From positions 103,744 through 167,743 of the forward strand of contig CAYXYB010000004.1 of NCBI GenBank assembly GCA_964469215.1: DNA of 64,000 nucleotides. Direction: 5' to 3'. The translations under genes were made by a program, and so were the position numbers. Shown piece after piece: positions 37,783 to 47,377 of the stretch. The notes beneath the pieces were generated by a model. It saw only the letters and a program-made list of their open reading frames with translations. It was not told the origin of the DNA and made no database searches. Source of the DNA: an uncultured Lentimicrobiaceae bacterium (GTDB lineage Bacteria; Bacteroidota; Bacteroidia; Bacteroidales; SKPS01). How positions within the stretch are numbered: the stretch's first letter is position 1; each line of letters starts with the position of its first letter.

Positions 37783-39624
37783 ATGACTCATTTCATTGAA
37801 ACCGGCCTTGGCGACAAGATGCTACGGGCCATCAAAGAGCTTGGCTTCGAAACACCTACCCCTGTTCAGGAGGAGGTGATCCCTGCTATTCTAAATACGA
37901 CAGAAAACATAATAGCACTTGCACAGACAGGAACAGGAAAAACTGCAGCTTTCGGACTTCCTCTTCTGGAAAACACAGATATAAATTCAGGATTTACATC
38001 CGGATTGATTCTTTGTCCTACACGTGAACTTTGCATACAGATAGCAAAAGATCTGGAAAACTATTCAAAATATCTCAGTGGCCTGAAGGTTTGCCCTGTT
38101 TATGGCGGTGCAGATATTGTCAGGCAGATTAACCGGCTAAAAGATGGTGTACATATTATAGTTGGCACTCCCGGAAGAGTGCTCGACATGCTTGGCAGAA
38201 AGGTTCTTAAGGTACAAAACATAAAATGGCTTGTACTTGACGAGGCAGATGAAATGCTAAACATGGGTTTCCAGGAAGATCTGGATACAATTCTGGCTGA
38301 AACTCCTGAACAAAAGCGTACCCTCCTGTTTTCTGCCACAATGCCTCATCAGATCAGGAAGCTGGCAGAAAAATACATGAACAATCCGCTGGAAATCACT
38401 ATTGGTAACAAGAACAGCAGCACTGAATTTGTAAACCATGAATTTTTCATGGTGCATGCAAGAGACCGGTATCTGGCTTTGAAGAGGATTGCTGATATAC
38501 ACCCGGGAATTTATAGCATAATTTTCTGCCGCACCCGACAGGAAACCAAGGATATCGCTGAAAAGTTGATACAGGATGGTTATAATGCCGATGCACTTCA
38601 CGGGGACCTGTCACAAGCACAGCGTGATCATGTGATGGGAAGATTCAGAAACAAAACATTACAGATGCTGGTAGCAACTGATGTAGCTGCACGTGGCCTC
38701 GATGTCAGTGATCTTACCCATGTTATAAACTATAATCTCCCGGATGATCAGGATGCCTATATTCATAGAAGTGGCAGAACGGGCAGAGCCGGAAAACAGG
38801 GTGTGTCAATTTCAATAATTCATACCCGTGAAATGGGCAGGATACGTGAACTTGAGAGAATTACAGGTCATAATTTTAAACGCAGGATGGTACCTTCAGG
38901 TAAAGATATTTGTGAGAAACAACTATTTAACCTTATTGACAAAATGGAACACATTATGGTTAATGATGAACAGATAGAACAGTTTATGCCTTTGATTTAC
39001 AGGAAACTTGAATGGTTGAGTAGAGAAGATCTCATAAAGAAGTTTGTCTCCATAGAGTTCAACCGATTCCTGGATTATTACAAAAACGCTTCCGATATCA
39101 ATGTAAAAGCTGAACAATATAATCCTTCAGACAGACGCTTATCTGACAGGAACAGAGACAGGGGTAAAGGAAATCGAAGCGACAGGAATGAAAACACCGT
39201 CTTCGCAAGACTCTTTATCAATATCGGATCAAAAAACAACCTTACACCACCAAAGCTAATAGGTCTTATTAATGACCAGGCCAGAAGCAGGAGGATTGTT
39301 ATCGGAAAAATTGACATTCAGAGAAACTTCTCATTTTTCGAAGTTGCAGCTTCCTCTGCAGGAAAGCTTATCAACGCTTTCAACGGAGCAGGATTTGAAG
39401 GGATTACTCTGGAGGTAAACTTTGCAGAACAAAACAAACTGAAGAACTCGTCTCACAAAAGACAAATAGATATTTCAACCCTGAAGGCCGACAACTCTCA
39501 AGACCATATAAAAGGAAAATTCCAGAACAATAAGGCCAAAGAGAGAAATCCTTTCTACCAGAATTTCATGGATGAGATAGCATCTGCGCCTCCTCCACCC
39601 AAACGTAAAGGCCGTAAACGTTAA
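37783..39624 (+). CDS. DEAD-box ATP-dependent RNA helicase (DeaD/CsdA-like) with a DbpA-type C-terminal RNA-binding region and a basic tail
   Basis: Q-motif region, AQTGTGKT, DEAD, SAT, VATDVAARGLD and HRSGRTGRAG motifs. 613 aa. Confidence 0.9.
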   Translation: MTHFIETGLGDKMLRAIKELGFETPTPVQEEVIPAILNTTENIIALAQTGTGKTAAFGLPLLENTDINSGFTSGLILCPTRELCIQIAKDLENYSKYLSGLKVCPVYGGADIVRQINRLKDGVHIIVGTPGRVLDMLGRKVLKVQNIKWLVLDEADEMLNMGFQEDLDTILAETPEQKRTLLFSATMPHQIRKLAEKYMNNPLEITIGNKNSSTEFVNHEFFMVHARDRYLALKRIADIHPGIYSIIFCRTRQETKDIAEKLIQDGYNADALHGDLSQAQRDHVMGRFRNKTLQMLVATDVAARGLDVSDLTHVINYNLPDDQDAYIHRSGRTGRAGKQGVSISIIHTREMGRIRELERITGHNFKRRMVPSGKDICEKQLFNLIDKMEHIMVNDEQIEQFMPLIYRKLEWLSREDLIKKFVSIEFNRFLDYYKNASDINVKAEQYNPSDRRLSDRNRDRGKGNRSDRNENTVFARLFINIGSKNNLTPPKLIGLINDQARSRRIVIGKIDIQRNFSFFEVAASSAGKLINAFNGAGFEGITLEVNFAEQNKLKNSSHKRQIDISTLKADNSQDHIKGKFQNNKAKERNPFYQNFMDEIASAPPPPKRKGRKR

Positions 39625-39750
39625 ATGGCCGGTATTACATTTAACATTTTACGTTTAAAAGCTATCGTATGTTATCAGATATGTTGATATCTATTTCACC
39701 TAAGATATATCTTTGCCGGGATTTTATCCTGAACCTTTTTAATATAATAT

Positions 39751-41034
39751 ATGAGAACTTATAAATCTTTTATTTGGGTCTTTCTAGTGATGATCACGCT
39801 TGACAGTTTTGGTCAGATATCACTCAGAGCACTCTTCCTGGGCAATAGTTATACAGCCGCCAACAATTTGCCCCAAATGATTGCTGACGCAGCATTGTCA
39901 GCGGGAGACACTCTGTTGTTCGATAGTAATACACCCGGGGGGTATACATTTCAGGGTCATTCCACAAATTCCCAGACACTGAGCCTGATATCACAGGGCA
40001 GTTGGGATTTTGTTGTTCTTCAGGAGCAGAGCCAGTTTCCTTCATTTCCAATATCACAGGTCATGTCAGATGTTTATCCCTATTCAGTTCAACTGAACCA
40101 AGCCATTAAACAACATAATCCATGTGCTGAAACAACTTTTTTTATGACCTGGGGAAGGAAATACGGTGATGCTTCAAACTGTGTAGCCTGGCCACCTGTT
40201 TGCACCTACGAAGGAATGGACAGTCTGCTGCGTTTAAGGTATTTGATGTTTGCCGACAGTAACAATGCTATAGTTTCACCTGTTGGAGCAGTCTGGCGTC
40301 ATTTGCGCATTCACAACCCGGACATTGATCTTTATGAAGCTGACGAGAGCCACCCTTCAACAGCAGGATCATACGCTGCTGCATGCACCTTCTACGCAAT
40401 TCTTTTTAGGAAAGATCCCACATCCATTACCTGGAACAGCTCCCTGAAAGCTTCAGATGCAGCAATTATCCGACAAGCTGCCGCTGATGTCGCTTTCGAT
40501 TCATTATCCTACTGGTTTGTTGAAACCTACAACCCTATTGCAAATTTCAGTTATACATCATCATCCTTCGATATCATAACCTTCACCAACCTTTCATCAA
40601 ATGCCTCTGACTTTTTATGGGACTTTGGCGATGGTAATTCATCAACTCTCGAAAATCCGGTTCACCAGTATGCAGGCAACGGACAATACCTTGTGCAATT
40701 AAAAGCAATACACTGTGATCAATCAGACTCCACATCCCAGACTGTCAATATTGCAGGGATTGGAATTGACAACTCTACCAATGTTGATCGTTTTCTGGTT
40801 TATCCCAATCCTTCCGGAGGGTACCTGTTTGTTGAATCAAATTGCTCTCAACCTGCCGACAATCTCCGAATTGAAATATTTTCTTTAACCGGTGAAATTC
40901 TGCATACACAAAGTATTGATCAAAACACTGTTTCAATTATCCCGACTGAACATCTAAATAATGGCATTTATTTTTTTAGAATAACCGGCACAAAAAACAT
41001 CTTTAAAATCGGCAGAGTTATAATAAGCAGGTAA
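39751..41034 (+). CDS. Secreted SGNH/DUF4886-like protein with a PKD domain and a T9SS C-terminal sorting domain
   Basis: Signal peptide. LFLGNSYT motif. PKD signature FLWDFGDGNSS..NPVHQY. CTD VYPNPSGGYLFVES...NGIYFFRI. Confidence 0.65.
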   Translation: MRTYKSFIWVFLVMITLDSFGQISLRALFLGNSYTAANNLPQMIADAALSAGDTLLFDSNTPGGYTFQGHSTNSQTLSLISQGSWDFVVLQEQSQFPSFPISQVMSDVYPYSVQLNQAIKQHNPCAETTFFMTWGRKYGDASNCVAWPPVCTYEGMDSLLRLRYLMFADSNNAIVSPVGAVWRHLRIHNPDIDLYEADESHPSTAGSYAAACTFYAILFRKDPTSITWNSSLKASDAAIIRQAAADVAFDSLSYWFVETYNPIANFSYTSSSFDIITFTNLSSNASDFLWDFGDGNSSTLENPVHQYAGNGQYLVQLKAIHCDQSDSTSQTVNIAGIGIDNSTNVDRFLVYPNPSGGYLFVESNCSQPADNLRIEIFSLTGEILHTQSIDQNTVSIIPTEHLNNGIYFFRITGTKNIFKIGRVIISR

Positions 41035-41414
41035 AGTTAAAATTATCATGGGATTCATTCAATCAGGAAAGATTAAAACATTTTTTCTGTGGATTTTATT
41101 TCACTGAATATTTGTCTGTTTTGAACAATCAAGATATATTCTTACACCCTGATAACTGAATATTTTGAAGTAATCCAGACGGTTGATTTACTTTTCATAT
41201 CTCTTTTCTTCCTTCTTTCAATCGACAAACCAATATACTTCTGATACTGCCATTTTTTTAAACTCATAGATCATGTATTATTTACCGTAGAAGACACAGG
41301 TACAGGGTTACCATAAGATTACAAAGTTGGGATTATGCAAGAGATGGAGCATATTTCATAACAATTTGCACTGAATTTCAAAAACACTACTTCGGTGAGA
41401 TATTTAATGGAACA

Positions 41415-41819
41415 ATGTACCTATCCAATACAGGAGTTGTGGCTGATATTCTATGGCAAGATATCATAAACCATTCAAAAAACATAGATCTCGGATCTTA
41501 TGTAATCATGCCGAATCACGTTCACGGCATACTGATTTTGAAAAACAATGAAGAATTCGTAAACGTAGATCCTTCAGACAATCGTACTCCGGGTGAACGG
41601 CGTTTCCAGAATCAGGGGTGCAACACTGTATCTTCCATAATTGGATCGTATAAATCTGCCGTCACAAAACATGCAAACCGTTTGGGTTATGAGTTTAAAT
41701 GGCAATCACGGTTTTACGACACCATAATCCGTAGTCAAAAAGCATACGAAAACATTACGAATTACATCATCGACAATCCCCAAAAATGGGAAATTGACCG
41801 ATTTAACCGTATCAGGTAG
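41415..41819 (+). CDS. REP-associated tyrosine transposase (RAYT, IS200/IS605 TnpA-like); start uncertain
   Basis: HUH motif VIMPNHVHGIL and the catalytic Tyr region (GSYKSAVTK..W).. Homology (RRRHRYRVTIRLQSWDYARDGAYFITICT) continues in frame upstream to about 41283, where no ATG, GTG or TTG is available. Confidence 0.7.
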   Translation: MYLSNTGVVADILWQDIINHSKNIDLGSYVIMPNHVHGILILKNNEEFVNVDPSDNRTPGERRFQNQGCNTVSSIIGSYKSAVTKHANRLGYEFKWQSRFYDTIIRSQKAYENITNYIIDNPQKWEIDRFNRIR

Positions 41820-41946
41820 GGACAAGTCGTAACACCAGGCAGGGACAAGGCGTAACACCAGGCAGGGACAAGGCGTAACACCAGGCAGGGACAAGGCGTA
41901 ACACCAGGCAGGGACAAGGCATGCCTTGTCCCTACCTGGTGTTACG
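41813..41946. repeat. REP-like array: about 4.7 tandem 23-bp units ending in a 25-bp-arm inverted repeat
   Basis: Units CAGG(T/C)AGGGACAAG(T/G)CGTAACAC at 41813, 41836, 41859, 41882 and 41905. Hairpin at 41897-41946 pairs 24 of 25 bp around GGCATGCC. Confidence 0.85.
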
Positions 41947-44871
41947 CAACCGGTATCCCATCTTCGCCATACGGTTAACTTCCACCGACGGAAAGCCAAA
42001 ATCATCGACAACCTTTCCCCTTATAAGGTATATACCATCTCCGCGAAATGGGTATTGTTTCAACGATTGCGGAAAATGGACGGTGTCAAAAAATTCTCCG
42101 TGCGCATCAATGAATGCTGCAAAATGCATGATCTCCCTCTTCGATGTCCAGACATATTTAATAGTAACGAGTTTGCCAAGCATCCGCACCTCTTTCCCAA
42201 CCCGGCTGCTAAGATCTTTTGCGGCAATATCTCCCCGGTAGCGAGTCTCAAGCATATCGAACCAGGATAGTGACACGGGGAAACCCAGCAGTTCAAGCTC
42301 ATCATACGCATCTTCCAGAATGTCGCGGTTAAGCTCAGGCAGTGAGAATGGCTGCAGAGTATTTGCAAACAGTTTTCCTGTTGCATGGTTTTCGGTTTTT
42401 TTACCTGTAAGCATCCGGCTCTCCCAGAGAAGTACCGGTTTCTTTTTCCCTGTGAAGTTCAATGCTCCCGCACGTATCAGTAAAGTGATCTGTTCCGGTG
42501 CGGGATTGGCTCGTTGTATAAAATCCTCAAGCGAATGAAACTCCCCTCCCTCATCGCGCACTGCAAGCACTCTTTTTACAAACTTCTCCTCTAGTCCGGC
42601 TACATGGATGAATCCGATACGGATGGTTTTACTTTTTATACCGGTAAGATATTCCCCCTTGTTAACACATGGCAATGCAATGGTGGCACCCCATCGCCTT
42701 GCCTCGTTGAAATACACCCAGGTGCGGTAAAACCCGCCAAAATTATTTATCACTGCAACCATAAACTCCAGTGGGTAATGCACCTTAAGCCACAGGCTCT
42801 GGAAACTCTCTACGGCATAGGATGCGGAATGGGCTTTCGAGAAGGAGTAACCTGCAAACGACTCAATCTGACGCCACACCTCCTGTGTAATGGCTTCCGG
42901 ATATCCCGACTGCCTGCAGTTATCGAAGAACTTCTGAACGATAAGCCGGAACTCCTTCTTCCCTCTCCCCTTTCCGCTCATGGCTCGCCGTAACACGTCG
43001 GCATCAGCAAGGTCAAGCCCTGCAAAATGGTGGCATATCTTCAGCACATCCTCCTGATAGACCATCACCCCATAAGTTTCACGAAGCTGCTCTTCCATTA
43101 CAGGGTGGATATAGCTGAAGTCACCGGGATTGTGGAACCTTTTTATATACTCCTTCATCATTCCCGATTTGGCAACACCGGGCCTGATGATGGAGCTTGC
43201 CGCCACCAGTGTAAGGTAATCACCACAACGGAGTTTCTTCAGCAACCCACGCATCGCAGGGCTCTCTATATAAAAACAGCCGTTACATTCCCCATCCCTG
43301 AGTTGACGATGTACCTCCGGATCACGCTTGAAACGATCAACATCGTGCACATCTAATGCAATCCCCCTGTTCTGCTTAACAAGCAACGCAGCATCCCGGA
43401 TATGACCTATACCCCTCTGACTCAGGATGTCGAACTTTTCGAAACCGAGCTCCTCGGCTACGTACATATCCCACTGGGTTGTCTGAAAACCCTTTGGCGG
43501 CATATCCAGGGCGGTGTAATATGTTATCGGCTCCTCCGACACAATTATCCCCCCGGCATGTATGCTGCGGATATTCGGAAAATCGGCTATCTTTTCAGCA
43601 ATATCTACGATGCGCCTTGCAATTGAATTATCTTTAGCAGCTTCTTCCGGACGCTCAACCAGATTGTCGATCTCTCTCACCGGCAAGCCGTAAACCTTGC
43701 CAAGCTCACGGTAAATGGACCTGTTCCTGAACGTTGATGTCGCACCCAGCAATGCGGTATGACCCGATCCGTAACGCTTGAAAATATAGTCCTGAACTTC
43801 ATCGCGCTCTTTCCATGAATAGTCAATGTCGAAATCGGGTGGCGTGGAACGGCGCGGATTAAGGAACCTTTCAAAGTAGAGATCGAGCTCAATGGGATCA
43901 ACATTGGTTATCATAAGGCAGTAAGCCACAATACTGTTGGCACCACTCCCCCGCCCCACATGGTAAAACCCGCGCGACATAGAGTACCGGACTATATCCC
44001 ATGTTATGAGAAAATATGATGCAAATCCAAGCCTGTCGATGATGTCCAACTCATTTACAATGCGTTGCCGGGCGGTTTTATTCTTTGTACCATACCGGTA
44101 CTTCATCCCATCATAAGCAAGTTTCTCCAGAAGTAACCTGTCATCGTATATGTTCCCCGTAAAAGTCTTCCTGTTTTTTATTGATGTAAAATCCATGTCG
44201 ATGCTGCACTGCGACAACAACCTGAGGGTGTTTTCTATCAACAGTGGTACATCTTCGCACACTGACATCAGTGCATCGGATGACAACAGATGATCACCGG
44301 GAGATGCAGTATCATCAGGTTTTAGTTTTGAAATCAAAGTATTAAGGTCAACTGCTCTGAGGTTTCTGTGGATATCATAATCATCCGGAGCAGCAAACGA
44401 TGCAGTGGCACGCAGAATCAACCTGTCACTTCCTTTACCACGCAACGAGAAACGGTTTTTACTGATCTCCTCCGGTTTTATACCAATGAATTCATTCTCT
44501 TCAAGGTGCACAGATGCAGATCCTTTAAACGGATACACAATAAATACATCAGAAAACCCGGGAGGCTTGTCAGGAAGAGGTATTCCCCTGACGTTATGGT
44601 CACTTAGAAACATATTCAGCTCGCGCATTCCATGACGATTGCGTGCTATCCCCTGGTAAAGCATCTCCCCCTTTCGCCGGAAATCAATACCGCAAACCGG
44701 AGCAACACTCTCATCCATGCAGGCTTTAACAAAGTCGGGGAACGCGCTGCAGTTGTTTATGTCTGAGAGAACAATAACCTCATGCCCATGGCACCGTGCA
44801 TTGGTTACCAACTGCTCCGGCGACATGATGCCGTATCTCAGGCTGTAATAAGTATGGCATTGCGTCAGCAT
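41932..44871 (-). CDS. DNA polymerase III alpha-subunit family protein, short DnaE2-like form
   Basis: 979 aa. N-terminal PHP-like CHTYYSLRYG, polymerase core (FDILSQRGI, YQEDV), and a C-terminal OB region. It is shorter than a replicative DnaE. Confidence 0.7.
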   Translation of the reverse strand: MLTQCHTYYSLRYGIMSPEQLVTNARCHGHEVIVLSDINNCSAFPDFVKACMDESVAPVCGIDFRRKGEMLYQGIARNRHGMRELNMFLSDHNVRGIPLPDKPPGFSDVFIVYPFKGSASVHLEENEFIGIKPEEISKNRFSLRGKGSDRLILRATASFAAPDDYDIHRNLRAVDLNTLISKLKPDDTASPGDHLLSSDALMSVCEDVPLLIENTLRLLSQCSIDMDFTSIKNRKTFTGNIYDDRLLLEKLAYDGMKYRYGTKNKTARQRIVNELDIIDRLGFASYFLITWDIVRYSMSRGFYHVGRGSGANSIVAYCLMITNVDPIELDLYFERFLNPRRSTPPDFDIDYSWKERDEVQDYIFKRYGSGHTALLGATSTFRNRSIYRELGKVYGLPVREIDNLVERPEEAAKDNSIARRIVDIAEKIADFPNIRSIHAGGIIVSEEPITYYTALDMPPKGFQTTQWDMYVAEELGFEKFDILSQRGIGHIRDAALLVKQNRGIALDVHDVDRFKRDPEVHRQLRDGECNGCFYIESPAMRGLLKKLRCGDYLTLVAASSIIRPGVAKSGMMKEYIKRFHNPGDFSYIHPVMEEQLRETYGVMVYQEDVLKICHHFAGLDLADADVLRRAMSGKGRGKKEFRLIVQKFFDNCRQSGYPEAITQEVWRQIESFAGYSFSKAHSASYAVESFQSLWLKVHYPLEFMVAVINNFGGFYRTWVYFNEARRWGATIALPCVNKGEYLTGIKSKTIRIGFIHVAGLEEKFVKRVLAVRDEGGEFHSLEDFIQRANPAPEQITLLIRAGALNFTGKKKPVLLWESRMLTGKKTENHATGKLFANTLQPFSLPELNRDILEDAYDELELLGFPVSLSWFDMLETRYRGDIAAKDLSSRVGKEVRMLGKLVTIKYVWTSKREIMHFAAFIDAHGEFFDTVHFPQSLKQYPFRGDGIYLIRGKVVDDFGFPSVEVNRMAKMGYRLRNTR

Positions 44872-44873
44872 TA

Positions 44874-44901
44874 AATGGATAATGGTTAATGACTAATGGT
44901 T
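44874..44901. repeat. Heptamer tandem repeat (AATGRNT)x4 abutting the dnaE2-like start codon
   Basis: AATGGAT AATGGTT AATGACT AATGGTT begins 3 nt upstream of the start codon, which lies on the minus strand. Confidence 0.7.
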
Positions 44902-45000
44902 AATTTTTAATCTTTTTTTTGATGCTAATTTAATCATCATTTCAAGAAAATCACCTTAGTGGGAGAAATTTTTATAAAATATTATCAACAATCAGCAGGA

Positions 45001-45489
45001 TTATTTTACAGAGGGATCAACAACCTCTATTTTCAGGACAACATTTCTTATGGGTGTACGGTGTATTTCGATAAAATCATCCAGATCAACCAGGTTATAT
45101 TGAGCCTCCTGCAGGAGAAATTTTTCTCCTCCGGCAATAACAGCATATTTAACAACAACCATTGAATACAGGTCTTGTCTGTCTAAATAAGAATACTTTT
45201 CGGTAACCGGCAGCCAGCTTATAATTTTTTCACCTGCAAGGATCTCCTCACGTAGTTTTCTGGTGACAAGCCAGTTAAGTATCATTACTATCAGAAAAAG
45301 GAGAACGAAAAGTAAAACTTCACTGCCCCTGATAGACCAGTTTTCAGTTATTGCAAAGATTGCAATGTGGATACCGAACAGCAGAGTCAGGAAAAATACC
45401 AGAGCGATGTTACGTGAACCTTTAAGTTCTTTTTCAAGTTCCAGAAGTTCTGTATCAGAAAGCTTTTCAGTTCTTGTTTCTGTTTTCAT
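45001..45489 (-). CDS. Hypothetical membrane protein
   Basis: 162 aa with two central TM helices. No family recognised. Confidence 0.35.
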   Translation of the reverse strand: MKTETRTEKLSDTELLELEKELKGSRNIALVFFLTLLFGIHIAIFAITENWSIRGSEVLLFVLLFLIVMILNWLVTRKLREEILAGEKIISWLPVTEKYSYLDRQDLYSMVVVKYAVIAGGEKFLLQEAQYNLVDLDDFIEIHRTPIRNVVLKIEVVDPSVK

Positions 45490-45540
45490 ACATAACTAAT
45501 TTGTTAAAAAAATCGGCTATGTAAGAAATGATATCAGATA

Positions 45541-46491
45541 TCAATCAAGAATACAGCGTAAAGCATAACCAAAGTTCTTGGTAGAATTAACCGGGAAGCT
45601 TCCTGCTGATGAATAGCGGAAAGAACCTGCGGTGTTGTTTGAGTTCTGGCCTGATGACCAGAAGTAGGCATAATTACCTGCATTCTGCAGTAATCCATCA
45701 CCTCCACCCAGGTTGCCGCCTGCATGAATTTTGAGAGTTGAAGCATAAGCATCCGTCAGATATCCTGATCCGACTCCACCCTGAGCAATCGGAGCGGTAA
45801 GGAAAGCATTCCATTCAGCCTGGGTAGGTATCCGCCAGTTGCCTCCCAGCAAAAGTTTACAAGGGTCACCTAATGAAACCCAGTCGGAGTTTTCGTTGAT
45901 GGGATTTATCCAGGGTGTGTTTGGTATCCTGTTCACACCGTCATTGAAATATGCCTGCTGACGGTTGAACTGGAAGAACCATCCGGCAGAGGCCGTGGAG
46001 GGATCTGTAGCGGTGGAGGCTTCCGTGGTCGCACCCAGATTCATTTTCAGCCAGCACTTATTCCCCCCGGCACCGGTCCACCCTGCCTGGACTGTACTGT
46101 AGGTGCGATTAGCAAATTGCAAAGAATTGTCGGGAGTTACCCCTATAACATAACCATGACTTACAAGATTGCCGCAGACAAACGGAATTATCTGTGTGAC
46201 CTTCAATTGTTCCGAGTACCAAGGTTCACATTCATCCTCGGTTATTGCAAGGCGATACCAGACAGGGAAGCTGTCAGCAATTACCTTTAATGCTGCTGAG
46301 ACCTGACCTGTAACAGGGTTCCATGACAGGCTGTCGTATGACACCTGCCACTGGAGTGTACCTCTGTAACTATTGATATTGATTTGTATTGTATCGTTCA
46401 GAGCCACCTGTATATTCTGTTGTCCCCTGAGAGGCAGGAATTGAAATGACAACAGGCTTAAAATTATTATTGTGAATATATATTTTTTCAT
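45541..46491 (-). CDS. FISUMP (Fibrobacter succinogenes major paralogous) domain protein, secreted
   Basis: Signal peptide. CWLKMNLGA, GWFFQFNR, WRIPTQAEWNAF and YFWSS motifs of TIGR02145-type domains. Confidence 0.6.
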   Translation of the reverse strand: MKKYIFTIIILSLLSFQFLPLRGQQNIQVALNDTIQININSYRGTLQWQVSYDSLSWNPVTGQVSAALKVIADSFPVWYRLAITEDECEPWYSEQLKVTQIIPFVCGNLVSHGYVIGVTPDNSLQFANRTYSTVQAGWTGAGGNKCWLKMNLGATTEASTATDPSTASAGWFFQFNRQQAYFNDGVNRIPNTPWINPINENSDWVSLGDPCKLLLGGNWRIPTQAEWNAFLTAPIAQGGVGSGYLTDAYASTLKIHAGGNLGGGDGLLQNAGNYAYFWSSGQNSNNTAGSFRYSSAGSFPVNSTKNFGYALRCILD

Positions 46492-46517
46492 ATCGATATT
46501 TTTTTAAGATCCAACGG

Positions 46518-47132
46518 CTATTCAATTACTATTCTCAGAGTTTGCCTTAACCCATCCCTGGTGTAGACCAGAATATACAGCCCACGGCTAAGGTTCTCGA
46601 GAGCGAGTGTGTTTTTGGTTGTGTTAACATTCTGTTTATGTATGAGTTTTCCGCCTGGTGTGTATATTGCAAGTTCACCTTCCGGTGTCTCCAGATCCAC
46701 AGCAAGGAAAGATGTTGCAGGCACAGGGTAAACCTTCATAGAGGGCTCCATCGGTTCATCGATATTGAAGTATAACAGAGTGATGGTAACACTGTCGGAT
46801 GCCTGGCAGCTTCGGTCATCCGTAACTGACAGAATGTATTGTATTGAGGGATAAGTACCGTTGTGGGTAAATGTGGGGTTGATCAGAGTGTCAGAGTTGA
46901 GGTCGGTAGGTGGTGACCAGAGAAATTTATAAGGGGAAGTACCCCCGCTAACGGTTGGCATGCCACCCAGCAGGTATGTGCCGGGTGCACCCAGGGTTGT
47001 ATCGGGCCCGGCATTAGCGAAGAGCTGTGGTGGCTGGTTGGAGGATAAGGTAACCGTATGGGTGGTTTGTGCTGAAGATATGCAATGATACATTATCAGG
47101 AACATAATAATGAAAGTGAGATGTTTTTTCAT
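46518..47132 (-). CDS. Secreted protein with a T9SS C-terminal sorting domain
   Basis: Signal peptide. C-terminal VYPVPATSFLAVDL...GLYILVYT...LRIVIE. Confidence 0.6.
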   Translation of the reverse strand: MKKHLTFIIMFLIMYHCISSAQTTHTVTLSSNQPPQLFANAGPDTTLGAPGTYLLGGMPTVSGGTSPYKFLWSPPTDLNSDTLINPTFTHNGTYPSIQYILSVTDDRSCQASDSVTITLLYFNIDEPMEPSMKVYPVPATSFLAVDLETPEGELAIYTPGGKLIHKQNVNTTKNTLALENLSRGLYILVYTRDGLRQTLRIVIE

Positions 47133-47162
47133 ATTGGCATGGTTTTGTTAATGGATGTGTGA

Positions 47163-47170
47163 CAAAGGTA
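47163..47170 (-). promoter_or_regulatory. Candidate -7 box (TACCTTTG) for the T9SS cargo gene
   Basis: Matches TAnnTTTG on the minus strand, about 31 nt upstream of the ATG at 47132. Confidence 0.35.
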
Positions 47171-47377
47171 ATGAATTATGAAGGGAATCGTGTAATCGGC
47201 TTTTGGCTGTTGGCTATTGGCTTTTCCTCCACAGAGGTGATCAGGAGTTAAAAATGAGAACCACAGATAGAGTTCTGTGAAACTCTTTTATAGCTTTTTT
47301 TCTCTGTGTAAATTAGAACTTTTGCAACTTTATGCGGAATTTCTGTGGTCCTCTACGAGAAAATAATATTCAGAGTT

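Noticed and set aside
41813-41946. Possible CRISPR array (regular 23-bp repeats)
   Set aside because: The units abut head-to-tail with no spacers, the unit length is too short, and the array ends in an inverted copy next to a RAYT gene. It is REP-like, not CRISPR.
41706-42270. ORFs of 101, 106 and 114 aa crossing the REP-like array and the dnaE2-like 3' end
   Set aside because: Their repetitive peptide (PAWCY.LSLPGVTPCPC) is a translation of the 23-bp repeat. The remainder is antisense or out of frame with the polymerase gene.
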